A DNA stretch of 62,934 bases, filler included, from 6 parts of 6 records of this genome joined end to end with filler, not necessarily neighbours in it, one strand, 5' to 3'; positions 27,499-38,018 are shown, counted from the whole stretch's first letter. A program made the numbers and translations. The notes: generated by a model from the letters alone, not told the origin.

Positions 27499-29156
27499 GC
27501 GAAGACACCTCTTTCGACGTGGTCATCATCGGCGCGGGCGTCAACGGCGCCGGCCTGTTCCGGGACCTCTCGCTCCAGGGCGTCAACTGCCTGATCACCG
27601 AGAAGACCGATTTCGGTTCCGGCACCAGTGCAGCACCCTCGCGGCTGATCCATGGCGGCCTGAAATATCTCGAGACCGGCGAGTTCGGCCTCGTCGCCCA
27701 GTCGACGCTGGAGCGCAACCTGCTGCTGCTGAACGCCCCCCACTGCGTCGAGCCGCTGCCGACCATGATCCCGATCTTTTCCTGGACAAAGGGGATCTGG
27801 GCGGCGATCCGAACGCTGTTCGGCTCCACCAGCGCGCCGCGCAGCCGGGGCGCCATTCTGGTCAAGATCGGGCTTGCGCTCTATGATTTCTACGGCGCCC
27901 GCAACCGGGTGATGCCGCGCCACAAACTGGTGGGCCGAAAGCGGGCGCTCAGCGACATGCCGGGGCTGACGGATACGATCGTCGCCGCCGGCACCTATTA
28001 CGATGCCCGCATCACCCAGCCCGAACGGCTGGTGATGGAAATGATAAAGGACGGGCTGGCCGCCAATCCGGGCTCGGCCGCGTACAACGCGACCACGATC
28101 CGGGAGGCCGACGCAGAGCGGATCGCGTTCGAGACCGAGGCCGGCGAGACCCTCGCCGTCAAGCCCGGCCTCGTCGTCAACGCCGCCGGTCCCTGGATCG
28201 ATCACGTCAACGCGATGCTGGGCCTTGAGACCAAGCTGATCGGCGGCACCAAGGGCTCCCATGTGCTGCTGCGCAATGATGAATTGGTGAAGCGGCTTGC
28301 CGGGCGGATGATCTATTTCGAGGCCGATGACGGACGCATCTGTCTGGTCTACGAATATCTCGGCCTCGCCCTTGCCGGCTCCACCGATATTCCCGCCGAC
28401 AATCCGGACGCGGTGCGCTGCGAGGACGACGAGATCGGCTATTTCATCGCCAGCCTCAAGGCGCTGCTTCCGGGCCTGGAAATCGGCGAGGAGCAGATCG
28501 TCTACGCCTATAGCGGCATCCGGCCGCTGCCGGCCTCCAATGCCGATATTCCGGGCCTGATCAGCCGCGATCATTCCGCCCCGGTGCTGGAAGGCGACGA
28601 TGTCCGGCATTTCGCGATCATTCCGCTCATTGGCGGTAAATGGACGACGTTCCGGGGTTTTGCGGAGGAGGTGGCCGACGCCATTCTCGCACGCCTCGGC
28701 CGCGACCGGCGGGTTTCGACGGAAAAAAGCGCGATCGGCGGCGGCAAGGATTTTCCCGTCGATAAGGCGGCACGACAGACCTGGATGACGGATGTGGCCA
28801 GCGAAACCGGGCTTTCAGAAGGTCGGATCGATGAATTGCTGACGCGTTACGGCACCACGGCGCGCGCCATCGCCGCGCATGAGGCGGGCTTTGCCGACCC
28901 GCAGCGCCTGCCCCATGCCAGCGCCTATTCGGTCGCCGAGATCGATTGGATCGCGCGCAACGAATTCGTCATCCACCTCGCCGATATCGTGATGCGACGC
29001 ACCACGCTCGCCATCACCGGCGGGCTGGAGAAGAGCGACATCGAGCGCATCGCCGAAGTGACCGGTGCAGCCCTCGGCTGGGACGACGAGACCCGTAGGC
29101 GCGAAATCACAGCGGTGGAAACCCGCCTTCAATCGGTAAACCGGGTCCGGTTGTGA
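27495..29156 (+). CDS. FAD-dependent glycerol-3-phosphate/polyol-phosphate dehydrogenase (GlpD/EryB family)
   Basis: IIGAGVNG, GTSAAPSRLIHGGLKYLE, NAAGPW, KGSH, GIRPL, GGKWTTFR. Confidence 0.9.
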   Translation: MSEDTSFDVVIIGAGVNGAGLFRDLSLQGVNCLITEKTDFGSGTSAAPSRLIHGGLKYLETGEFGLVAQSTLERNLLLLNAPHCVEPLPTMIPIFSWTKGIWAAIRTLFGSTSAPRSRGAILVKIGLALYDFYGARNRVMPRHKLVGRKRALSDMPGLTDTIVAAGTYYDARITQPERLVMEMIKDGLAANPGSAAYNATTIREADAERIAFETEAGETLAVKPGLVVNAAGPWIDHVNAMLGLETKLIGGTKGSHVLLRNDELVKRLAGRMIYFEADDGRICLVYEYLGLALAGSTDIPADNPDAVRCEDDEIGYFIASLKALLPGLEIGEEQIVYAYSGIRPLPASNADIPGLISRDHSAPVLEGDDVRHFAIIPLIGGKWTTFRGFAEEVADAILARLGRDRRVSTEKSAIGGGKDFPVDKAARQTWMTDVASETGLSEGRIDELLTRYGTTARAIAAHEAGFADPQRLPHASAYSVAEIDWIARNEFVIHLADIVMRRTTLAITGGLEKSDIERIAEVTGAALGWDDETRRREITAVETRLQSVNRVRL

Positions 29157-29383
29157 CCACGCGCCTGGGCCCTGAAGGGCTCCGGAGCGCCGCGCCTCCC
29201 TTCTCCCCGGAGGGAGAGATGTCGCGACAGCGGCGGCAAGCGCGGGCCGGCTCGATTCCGGCGTCGTCCTCTTCCTTTTCCATAAGCGATCTCTCAAAAA
29301 ATGCCTTCCGCATACGTCACAGTTTTGGCGTGAATGGCGGGCCATTGTCGCCGCGCTTTCAATGTACAGAAAGGAAAACGTTC

Positions 29384-29920
29384 ATGAAAATGCGTTCATT
29401 TGTATATGCAGGGCTGGCGGCCTCGGTGGTTGGCGTCGTTGCGCTTCAGACCACGGCCTCGGCCGCGGAACTGCTCGATACCGGGCCCACCTGGAATGCG
29501 GCGTGCAATACCGCCATGACCTGCCGGCTGACGACCAGCGACCTGCCGGCCAATGACGGCGGCCTTGCGATCCCCTCCTTCGTGCGGGCCAATGGCGCGA
29601 AATCGCCGATCATGATGGTGCTGCCGACGATTTACGGCTGGGACACGCTTGCCAGCGACGGCAGGTTCACCATTTCGGTCGACGGCGAGGAAATCACCTC
29701 GATCAAGGTCAGCCAGCTCAAGCAGGACGATGATGAGGGTGGCTATGTGACCAGCGACCCGAAGATCGTCCAGCCGGTGCTGGCGGCGGCAAAGGTCGGC
29801 GAGGAGGCGATGATGGTGAGCTATGACGGCCCGGAGACCCAGGAAGTGGCGACCGCCGACCTCACCGGCTTCCGCGAAAGCCTCGACTGGCTTTCGCAGC
29901 AGCAGCATCGCGGTTCCTGA
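29384..29920 (+). CDS. Exported protein, DUF1176-like
   Basis: AAGGA RBS before ATG 29384, signal peptide ending ASA, WNAACNTAMTC motif. Confidence 0.65.
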   Translation: MKMRSFVYAGLAASVVGVVALQTTASAAELLDTGPTWNAACNTAMTCRLTTSDLPANDGGLAIPSFVRANGAKSPIMMVLPTIYGWDTLASDGRFTISVDGEEITSIKVSQLKQDDDEGGYVTSDPKIVQPVLAAAKVGEEAMMVSYDGPETQEVATADLTGFRESLDWLSQQQHRGS

Positions 29921-30019
29921 AAACGCTTGTTTCGGGCGAAATATCACCCTACATCGCGCAAGGTGCTTTGCGCGATGTAGGCGTAAAGGCCGGCCCCTCG
30001 TCCCGTCCCGGAGCCGACC

Positions 30020-30739
30020 ATGCTGATAGATGCCGCCCGCCGGGCGCTTTACGATCTGATCGACCCGAAGATGCGCACCATTTTGTGGAAGGTGCTGGGT
30101 CTTTCACTGCTCTGCCTGACCGGCCTCTGGTTCGCCATTCGCGGCCTGTTCCTGTGGCTCGCCTTTCCCTGGCTCGAAGGCCTGTTTCCGACGATGCCGG
30201 AATGGACCGGCTTCATCACATTCCTGTTGCTGCTGCTCGCGGCGATCGGACTTGCGCTGGGCCTGGCGTTGCTGATGGCTCCGGTCTCCGCGCTCGTCGC
30301 CGGCATTTTTCTCGATGACGCCGCCGAGCATATCGAGCGCAATCATTATCCCGCCGATCCGCCCGGTCGCGCGCTGCCGGTGTTTGCCGCGATCAAGGAG
30401 GCGCTGGCCTTTCTCGGCGTCGTCATCCTCGGCAATATCTTCGCGCTGCTGCTGCTGCTGATCCCCGGCGTCAACCTGATCGCGTTCTTCATCGTCAACG
30501 GCTATCTGCTCGGCCGCGAGTTCTTCGAATTCGCGGCGATGCGATTCATGAGCCCCGAGGAAGCGCGCGCCTTTCGCCGGAAACGCGGGTTCACGGTGTT
30601 CCTTGCCGGCCTGATCGTCGCCGGCTTCGTGGCGATCCCGATCGTCAACCTCGCGACCCCGCTGTTCGCGACCGCCTTCATGATGCATCTGTTCAAACGG
30701 ATGGATCGGCCGCAAGGCGTGGTTCGTGCGGAAAATTGA
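30020..30739 (+). CDS. CysZ/EI24-family membrane protein
   Basis: AGIFLDDAAEHIE, NGYLLGREFFEFAAMR, IPIVNLATPLF. Confidence 0.88.
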   Translation: MLIDAARRALYDLIDPKMRTILWKVLGLSLLCLTGLWFAIRGLFLWLAFPWLEGLFPTMPEWTGFITFLLLLLAAIGLALGLALLMAPVSALVAGIFLDDAAEHIERNHYPADPPGRALPVFAAIKEALAFLGVVILGNIFALLLLLIPGVNLIAFFIVNGYLLGREFFEFAAMRFMSPEEARAFRRKRGFTVFLAGLIVAGFVAIPIVNLATPLFATAFMMHLFKRMDRPQGVVRAEN

Positions 30740-30835
30740 TAAAAATATGCAATAAAACGCGAATACATCACTCTTGAATCGAAGTCTCCAAGCGGCTATG
30801 ACCGTTTTGACATCATGGATACTCAGGAGCGCGCG

Positions 30836-31282
30836 ATGAGCCGTATCGTCTATCTGAATGGAGAATGGCTGGCCGAGGAAGACGCCAAGGTCTCGATTTT
30901 CGATCGCGGCTATGTCTTCGCCGACGCCATTTACGAGGTCACCTGCGTTCTGGACGGCAAGCTGCTCGATTATGACGGCCATGCCGCGCGGCTGAAGCGC
31001 TCGACGGCGGCCATCGGTATCGCCATGCCGACCGATGACGAAACCCTGCTTGCGCTCCACCGCGAAATCGCCGCCCGCAACGCCATGACCGAGGGCCTGA
31101 TCTATCTGCAGGTCTCGCGGGGCAATCCGGGCGACCGGGACTTCATGTTCGAAAAGAACATGACGCCGACCTTTTCGATGTTCACCCAGAAAAAGGACGT
31201 TCTCGGCGCGCCGACGGGCAGGAACGGCATCACCGTGGTGACGATCGAGGACCTGCGCTGGGGCCGCTGCGACATCAAGACG
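30836..31282 (+). CDS. dat: D-amino-acid transaminase (class IV, truncated by the gap)
   Basis: RIVYLNGEW, SIFDRGYVFADAIYEV, YLQVSRG, RWGRCDIKT. AGGAG RBS. Confidence 0.9.
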
Positions 31283-31382
31283 NNNNNNNNNNNNNNNNNN
31301 NNNNNNNNNNNNNNNNNNNNNNNNNNTTAATTAATTAANNNNNNNNNNNNNNNNNNNNNNNNNNNNNNNNNNNNNNNNNNNN
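31283..31382. other. Artificial contig spacer
   Basis: N44-TTAATTAATTAA-N44. Confidence 0.99.
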
Positions 31383-31383
31383 A

Positions 31384-31755
31384 TACGGCACCGGCTCCAG
31401 CCGTGACTGGGCTGCGAAAGGTACCCGCTTGCTGGGCGTGAAGGCCGTGGTTGCCGAGTCCTACGAGCGTATCCACCGCTCCAACCTGATCGGTATGGGC
31501 GTGATGCCGCTGCAGTTCAAGGACGGGGTCGACCGCAAGAGCCTGAAGCTGACGGGCGAGGAAACCATCAGCATCAAGGGCCTGTCCGGTGACATCAAGC
31601 CGGGTCAGACACTCGAAATGACGGTGACCTATCCGGACGGCAAGACCGAGACCTGTGGACTACTGTCCCGGATCGACACCGCCAACGAAGCGGTTTATTA
31701 CCGCCACGGCGGTATCCTGCACTACGTCGTGCGGGAGATGCTCAAGTCGGCGTGA
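31384..31755 (+). CDS. acnA: Aconitate hydratase A, C-terminal fragment
   Basis: [41 protein letters not shown]. Confidence 0.96.
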   Translation, partial: YGTGSSRDWAAKGTRLLGVKAVVAESYERIHRSNLIGMGVMPLQFKDGVDRKSLKLTGEETISIKGLSGDIKPGQTLEMTVTYPDGKTETCGLLSRIDTANEAVYYRHGGILHYVVREMLKSA

Positions 31756-31818
31756 CGGTTTGGTCTGGCGTTGGTCTGGCAGGGCAACCTGCCGGGCCTC
31801 TCAATACTCAGTTACCCA

Positions 31819-33738
31819 TTACCCCGCCACTGGCAGTTCCAGCCAGAACGTAGCCCCCTCGCCCGGAACGGATTCATAGTCCACCGTGCCCTTCATGCGC
31901 GCCATCAGCTCCCGTGTGATGGCCAGACCGAGCCCGGTTCCGCCACTGGCTCTTCGGTCCGACGAATCAGCTTGTGAGAACTTCTTAAAAATATGCTCCC
32001 GAAAATGCGGGGCGACGCCCTCACCATGGTCTCTGATACACAGCCGAACCGACTCTCCGCGCTGGCTGGCGAAAATGTCGACGGAGGACCCTGCCGGAGA
32101 AAACTTGATGGCGTTGGACAACAGGTTGGTGATGGCCTGGTTCAGGCGCTGACGATCCACATGAACCGTCACGGCTGGCAGTTCAGCCACCTGAAGATGA
32201 ATGTCTCGCTGTTGGGCAAAGGTTGCGATGTTTTCAACACTCTCGTGAACAAGATTTTGCAGAACATGGTGTTCGCTACGGAAGGGCATTTTGCCGGCCA
32301 CAAGCTTTTCCATATCGAGTAAGTCGTTGATCAGGAACGTAAGCTGTTGGCTGTTCCGATAGGCGATGTGCGCCAGTTTCGAGGCCTTCTCCGGCAGCTC
32401 GCCGACGGCATTGTTGGCCAGCAGCCCGAGGGAGCCGGAAATCGAGGTCAGCGGGGTGCGAAGCTCGTGGCTGACAGTGGAAATGAACTCGTTCTTCAGG
32501 TGGTCGACTTTCTTCCGCTCTGAAATGTCCTCGGTGATCAGCCAGACAACGGGTTCGTTGCCGTCATCGTCCAGTTGCAGCCCGTGGAGCATGACGGGGG
32601 CCAGTTCCTGCCCTGGCGTCATGAAGTAGCCTTCGAGGCCGCTGAGTCTGGCATGTTCCCGAAGGGTTTCCTGAACCCCGGGCCTGTTGGCCAGCGGCTC
32701 TCCATGGACATCAAGCGGTTGGTCGAAGAAATCCAGTGTCTGGACGGATCTGCCAAACTGGTTTTCGAACGTTGGGTTTGCCCGGAGCAGTCGATTGGAG
32801 GTGACACTGAACAGCCCGATGCCCATGGGGGCCAGTTCGAAGAGTCCCCAGAGCCGCCGCTGCATTTCGCGATCCCGTGACATCAGGCTGGTGAGCCAGA
32901 AAACAGCACCGCTGACAATGACCAGCATCGCGAACAGGCTGCCACGAAATATCCAGGGCTGACTGGGGTGGTTTGGCCAGCCCCCGACTGGTTCGGCAAA
33001 CACCACCCAGGTAGCGCCTCTCATGCGAATCGTGCTGGTGACTGGATCTTCCCATTGAAAGGGGCGTGTGGAGAAAAAAACCGACTGAGTGTCATTAACG
33101 TCGGCCGACGACGAGATCGCTACATTGAAGTCGTCTTGCAACCTATCCAGCCCTATCGACGAGTACAGTTTCTGAAGGTCCAGTATCACTGAAATAACCC
33201 CCCAGAAATCGCCCGAGGCCTGTTCAAATATGGGAACACGCCCCGCCAGCCCCTGCCCGCCCTGAACCAGATCAATAGGGCCGGTGAACACCACGCGGCG
33301 GGTGTTGAGCAGCATCTTGATCTGATCTTGCGACAAGCTCTGTGCGGTCAGGTCGAGACCGATCGCAGCCTCATTGCCGGCCAGTGGGTAGACATGGCGA
33401 ATCACGAAATCCGGAGCCAGTCCGATGTTTCGGAGTTCCGGTGCCAGGCTGAAGATGACCGAGGCCAGTTCCCGGAAGCGTTGGCCGTCGATATCGGGTT
33501 GTATCGCGACGTTGGCGGCCAGTCCCCACACGGTCTGGATGTTCTGCAGTATGGCACTTTGCAGCTTGAGGCTTATCTCATCCGTTTTTTCCTGCCACTG
33601 CTGACGGACATCGTTGCGGTGGCTGGAAGAGCTGGATGCATCAAGGGAAACCGCGACTACAATGACCAACAGCAGAACGCCCAGCCTTGAAGCCCAGATC
33701 AAACGATGAAACACGTTAGCCCGCGTTTGTGCCGCCAC
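31819..33738 (-). CDS. Membrane sensor histidine kinase (CHASE-PAS-HisKA-HATPase)
   Basis: Two TM segments, YPLAGNEAAIGLDL/GPIDLVQGG CHASE motifs, SHELRTPLT, NLLSNAIKF, GTGLGLAI. Confidence 0.92.
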   Translation of the reverse strand: MAAQTRANVFHRLIWASRLGVLLLVIVVAVSLDASSSSSHRNDVRQQWQEKTDEISLKLQSAILQNIQTVWGLAANVAIQPDIDGQRFRELASVIFSLAPELRNIGLAPDFVIRHVYPLAGNEAAIGLDLTAQSLSQDQIKMLLNTRRVVFTGPIDLVQGGQGLAGRVPIFEQASGDFWGVISVILDLQKLYSSIGLDRLQDDFNVAISSSADVNDTQSVFFSTRPFQWEDPVTSTIRMRGATWVVFAEPVGGWPNHPSQPWIFRGSLFAMLVIVSGAVFWLTSLMSRDREMQRRLWGLFELAPMGIGLFSVTSNRLLRANPTFENQFGRSVQTLDFFDQPLDVHGEPLANRPGVQETLREHARLSGLEGYFMTPGQELAPVMLHGLQLDDDGNEPVVWLITEDISERKKVDHLKNEFISTVSHELRTPLTSISGSLGLLANNAVGELPEKASKLAHIAYRNSQQLTFLINDLLDMEKLVAGKMPFRSEHHVLQNLVHESVENIATFAQQRDIHLQVAELPAVTVHVDRQRLNQAITNLLSNAIKFSPAGSSVDIFASQRGESVRLCIRDHGEGVAPHFREHIFKKFSQADSSDRRASGGTGLGLAITRELMARMKGTVDYESVPGEGATFWLELPVAG

Positions 33739-33744
33739 TATCGA

Positions 33745-36207
33745 TTACTCGTCACTCTCATCGGGTTTGTCACTCTCATCGGGTTTGATGTCCAGCCAGA
33801 ACGTCGAGCCGTATCCCTCGGTGGATTTGAACCCCACGCCGCCGCCCATTTGCGACATGATCTCCCGGGTAATGGCCAGCCCGAGGCCCGTACCGCCACG
33901 GCCTCGGGTATCGGAGCTGTCAGCCTGGGCGAACTTTTCGAATATCCTGGCTCGGAAGGCTTCCGGTATGCCTGTGCCATAGTCCGTGACTTCGATGCGA
34001 AAAAGGCCGTCATGAAGGTGTGTCAGTATGACAACCTCGGCCTCCGGCGGAGAAAACTTGATGGCGTTGGACAGCAGGTTGTCGAGTGCCTGGCCCAGGC
34101 GCCGGGCATCGATAGCGGCTTTGACCCAGGGATGGTGATTTTCGAACCGAAGTGAGATTTGCCGATCAACCGCGTAGGTTGATGTTCGATCCAGGCTGTC
34201 CTGAATGATCGCGCTGATGTTCTCGCTGTGCATCCGCAGTTCCATTTTTCCGGAGACCAGCTTTTCCATATCCAGCAGATCATCAATCAGATGCTTTAGT
34301 TGGTCGCTGTTGCGGGCTGCGATAGCCACCATGGCTTTGACTTTTTCAGGTAGATGGCCAAAAACCCCGCCCGCGATCAACCCAAGGGAGCCTGATATGG
34401 ACGTCAGGGGAGTTCGTAGTTCATGGCTCACGGTGGAGATGAACTCGTTTTTCATTCGGTCAACCTTGCGGCGCTCTGATATATCCTCAACCAGCGACCA
34501 CACCAGTGGTTCGTTGTCGGCACGCTCCACCAGAACGCCCTGGAAGAGAATCGGGAACCGGGTGCCATCCTTGCGGATAAACTCCTGCTCCACGGGGCCG
34601 AACCGCCCGTGTTCTTTCAAATCAGTGATGGCCTGCTGCGTTTGCTCGGCGTAGTCCTCGGGAGTGACGTCCCAGTAGTTCAGTGCCAGGAACTCGGCGT
34701 GTGAGTAACCGCTGTACTCCAACAGTGCCGCGTTAACATCAAAGTTCTGTCCGCTTCTGAAACTGGTCAGAAGAATGCCAATCGGTGACAGTTCGAATAA
34801 GGTACGCAGCAGTTGCTCTCGTTCCGCGAGTGCAAGCTGCGAGCGCTTCTTTTCATCGACGTTGGCGAGAAACCCATGCCAGATGACGCTACCGTCCGGG
34901 CGCCGTTCCGGCGTGGCCCGGCCCTCGACCCAAATCCAGTTCCCGTCCGGCGTTCTGACCCGAAACTCGTACTCCCAAACCGCCAGTGCCTCCTGGGAAC
35001 GGTCGATGGAAGCGGCTACATACTCAATGTCGTCGGGGTGTATGGCATCAAAGGCAATGCTGGCATCCTCTATAACAGCCTCCGGAGAAACGCCGTAAAT
35101 ATCACGTATGCCGTCGCTGCTGTAGAGGAACCTCGACTCACCATCCTGGAGTACCTGATACTGATAAAGCATTCCAGGCACGTTTTCGGACAGCTTTCGC
35201 AACGTATCCTCATGGGAATGTTGCTGGAGAAGGGCTGCCATCCACTGTGCCAGCCACACGATAAACAGGCGATCCAGATCCGTGAACGGTCTGGATCTTG
35301 GCGATACCGAGGAAAAATTAAGCGTGCCGAAGAGCTTGCCATCAAACTCTATGGGCGCCGCAATATAGCTCTCGAGGCCCATCTGGGCATAGCACGACTG
35401 ATGGCGATAGCGCGAGTCGCCCATATGGCTGATCGCCAGATGGTCGCCTTTTGCAAGCATCAGCGCGCAATAGGTTTGTTCCACCGGTAGTGACAGGCCG
35501 GCTTCCAGTGGAGAGTCATCCGGCGCTCTGAACCAGCGAATCGTATAGACATCGGTGGTGATTTCGCTGACGATGCCGGTTTCCAGTTCAAGGTGTTGGC
35601 GCCCCAGATCCAGGGCCATGTCTATTTTTTGTTCCAGGGGCGCGGAGGCGTCCACCGTCAGGTTGTTCAGTGCACTCAGAATCCGGGTCTTCTCGAGTTG
35701 TTCCTGGCGGGATTTACTCGCTTCGAAGTCATTGATCTCTTCATCGACACATCGGGCCAGCTCTTCCAAAAGCATGCGTTGATCGCCGTCGAGCGATCGT
35801 GGCCGGGTGTCTATGATGCAGAGAGTGCCCAGGCGATAACCTTCATGGCTGCGGAGTTGAGCACCGGCGTAGAAGCGAATGTTTGGCGGGCCGGTAACGA
35901 GCGGGTTATCGGCAAATCTCGAATCCTCGTGGGTGTCCTCGACAATGAACAGACGATCACTGAGGATGGCGTGGCCGCAGAAAGAGATGTCCCTGGGGGT
36001 CTCCCTGGCCTCCAGCCCCTGACAGGATTTGAACCATTGCCGTTTTTCGTCGACCAGTGACACCAGGGCAATGGGGACGTCGAAGGCCAGTTTGGCCATG
36101 CGAGTAAAGCGATCAAATCGCTCCTCTGGTGACGTATCGAGCAGGTGAGTTCGCTTCAGCGCGAGAAGCCGTACCGCCTCATTCAATGGGCTTTCGGGTG
36201 CTATCAC
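33745..36207 (-). CDS. Cytoplasmic sensor histidine kinase (GAF-GAF-PAS-PAS-HisKA-HATPase)
   Basis: SFCGHAI/FADNPLV/IRFYAG GAF, second GAF, IHPDD PAS, SHELRTPLT, GTGLGLAI. Confidence 0.93.
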   Translation of the reverse strand: MIAPESPLNEAVRLLALKRTHLLDTSPEERFDRFTRMAKLAFDVPIALVSLVDEKRQWFKSCQGLEARETPRDISFCGHAILSDRLFIVEDTHEDSRFADNPLVTGPPNIRFYAGAQLRSHEGYRLGTLCIIDTRPRSLDGDQRMLLEELARCVDEEINDFEASKSRQEQLEKTRILSALNNLTVDASAPLEQKIDMALDLGRQHLELETGIVSEITTDVYTIRWFRAPDDSPLEAGLSLPVEQTYCALMLAKGDHLAISHMGDSRYRHQSCYAQMGLESYIAAPIEFDGKLFGTLNFSSVSPRSRPFTDLDRLFIVWLAQWMAALLQQHSHEDTLRKLSENVPGMLYQYQVLQDGESRFLYSSDGIRDIYGVSPEAVIEDASIAFDAIHPDDIEYVAASIDRSQEALAVWEYEFRVRTPDGNWIWVEGRATPERRPDGSVIWHGFLANVDEKKRSQLALAEREQLLRTLFELSPIGILLTSFRSGQNFDVNAALLEYSGYSHAEFLALNYWDVTPEDYAEQTQQAITDLKEHGRFGPVEQEFIRKDGTRFPILFQGVLVERADNEPLVWSLVEDISERRKVDRMKNEFISTVSHELRTPLTSISGSLGLIAGGVFGHLPEKVKAMVAIAARNSDQLKHLIDDLLDMEKLVSGKMELRMHSENISAIIQDSLDRTSTYAVDRQISLRFENHHPWVKAAIDARRLGQALDNLLSNAIKFSPPEAEVVILTHLHDGLFRIEVTDYGTGIPEAFRARIFEKFAQADSSDTRGRGGTGLGLAITREIMSQMGGGVGFKSTEGYGSTFWLDIKPDESDKPDESDE
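33751..33786. repeat. Perfect 18-bp tandem duplication in the kinase 3' end
   Basis: GTCACTCTCATCGGGTTT x2, encoding KPDESD-KPDESD. Confidence 0.95.
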
Positions 36208-38018
36208 GAGTCTGTTTCCTCATCAGCGACGGTCGACAATGCCTCACCGGATCCGGATGTGGGCATATCGACCCAGAAATGCGCGCCCTGATCATTGTAG
36301 TAGCCAACCTCTGCATGCATCAGCGTTGCCAGTTCGGCACAAATGGCAAGCCCCAGCCCCGTACCCTTTACCGAACGGGTGGTGCCGGTTTCGGCCTGTG
36401 CGAATCGTTTGAACACGCTGTCGGCAAAAGAATCCGGTACTCCAGAGCCCTGATCACTAACGGTGACTCTCACGTATTCCGGTGAGTGGAGCCGGGCTTT
36501 TATCCTGACCACTCCGTTTTTGGGCGAGAACTTGATGGCGTTGCTGACGTAGTTGTCCAGAATCTGCCTCAGCCGGTGCTTGTCACAGAGTATATGTGGT
36601 AGCTCACCGCTGTCTGACATCAACCGGACATGATGTTCAGTAGCCATAGTGTTGTTGTCCTCAACGGTGCCGTAAAGTATCGGTTGGATCGCTTCGCTTT
36701 GAATTCGCACTTTGAGACTGCCATCGGACAGTTTGTTGAAGTCGAGCAAATCCGACACCAGCAGTTGCAGGCGCTCGCCATTTCTCAGGGCGAGGTTTGC
36801 CATGCTCTGGCTTTTTTCGCTGAGTGGTCCGGTGGTGCCGGAAGAGAGCAGCTTCAGAGCGCCAGTCAGTGACGTCAGGGGCGTACGAAGTTCGTGGCTG
36901 ACCGAGGACATGAAATGATCTTTGAGCCTGTCCAGGCCGTCACGTTCCTCCAGAAGTCGATTGAAGGCCACGGCCAGGTTGCTGACCTCCGGAATGCCGG
37001 ACTCGCCCAACCGCATGGCAGAATCCGGTTGTTCAGCCATGTGCTTTATACTCGTCGTCATTCGGTCCAGTGGCGACATGGTGCTCTTGACCAGCAGGTA
37101 GCTTAACGCGGCGATCACCAGTGTGATCAGCAGGCTGATGCTGAAGAACTGGAGAAAGGATTGTCGGGCGGGTGTTGTTGCCTGATCATAGGGAACAGCA
37201 CGGACGAAGACCCACCCCAGCCGTTGCAGGTGATTGGTGGCGTATATCAGGGGCTGACCATCCTGGCCGTTGACCTGTCCGAACGTGATGCCGGATAGCG
37301 CTGCGTCTGTCAGCGCATCTGCGCCAGGAGGCGGCAGGGGTTCGATGTTCTGGGAGCCCTTGCCGGAATCCACGTACAGAAAGTTTTCCGTGTCGATGAT
37401 TTTCTCGATACCCTGGGATCCATACAAACCCATGTTGCGTTTTTCGGGTAATAGAGTGGTCTTGCCCAGATCCAGGGTGCCGCCTGCGAATCCAAGCAAG
37501 TCCCCTTCATCCGTTTCGATGGGTGCCAGAAAGGAGAGCAGGGGCCTGCCAGTGGTTCGCCCGATAATAGGCTTGCTGACAATAGGCTTTCGTTTCTTCA
37601 AGGCTTCCTGGAAGTGAGGGCGATCCAGATAGCAGGTGCCAATACGATTTGGGACGTAGACATTTTCTGCCACGGCACATCCGTTCTCATCGAAAATGAG
37701 AAGCGCCGCCGGAAACAGATCCTGGATTGCCGTTTGGCGATTCAGTGCTATCTCCAAGGCAGCCTGGTCCGGAAGGTCGTCGTCGGCAAATTGCGAGGCG
37801 AACGCTGACAGAGAATTTAGTCGAAGCTGAAGCTTCTGGTCGACCTGCTCCGATGTTCTTGCAGCTTCGAGAATCTGGCGATGGGTGAGCAGGTCTTCAA
37901 AGTCCTGTACCAGTGCCTGGTAAGCGATTGCAATAATGGCCGAGACGGTTGCAAGACTGCCGGCGACGATGATGATGGCCACCCGGCTGCTGAGTGAAAG
38001 CGATTGGCGCGACCGCAA
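36204..38018 (-). CDS. Membrane sensor histidine kinase (Cache-HAMP-HisKA-HATPase)
   Basis: Two TM segments, DRPHF/IVSKPIIGR Cache motifs, PLDRMT...EVSNLAVAFN HAMP, SHELRTPLT. Confidence 0.9.
   Translation of the reverse strand: MRSRQSLSLSSRVAIIIVAGSLATVSAIIAIAYQALVQDFEDLLTHRQILEAARTSEQVDQKLQLRLNSLSAFASQFADDDLPDQAALEIALNRQTAIQDLFPAALLIFDENGCAVAENVYVPNRIGTCYLDRPHFQEALKKRKPIVSKPIIGRTTGRPLLSFLAPIETDEGDLLGFAGGTLDLGKTTLLPEKRNMGLYGSQGIEKIIDTENFLYVDSGKGSQNIEPLPPPGADALTDAALSGITFGQVNGQDGQPLIYATNHLQRLGWVFVRAVPYDQATTPARQSFLQFFSISLLITLVIAALSYLLVKSTMSPLDRMTTSIKHMAEQPDSAMRLGESGIPEVSNLAVAFNRLLEERDGLDRLKDHFMSSVSHELRTPLTSLTGALKLLSSGTTGPLSEKSQSMANLALRNGERLQLLVSDLLDFNKLSDGSLKVRIQSEAIQPILYGTVEDNNTMATEHHVRLMSDSGELPHILCDKHRLRQILDNYVSNAIKFSPKNGVVRIKARLHSPEYVRVTVSDQGSGVPDSFADSVFKRFAQAETGTTRSVKGTGLGLAICAELATLMHAEVGYYNDQGAHFWVDMPTSGSGEALSTVADEETDS

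Noticed and set aside
24220-28610. Long antisense ORFs (277, 364, 242 and 474 aa) over the polyol cluster, and similar ones in contigs 4-6
   Set aside because: They are shadow frames of well-supported GC-rich genes and contain no protein motifs.
29153-29383. N-terminal extension of ORF 29153-29920
   Set aside because: It runs through repeat-like intergenic DNA. The RBS and signal peptide point to ATG 29384.
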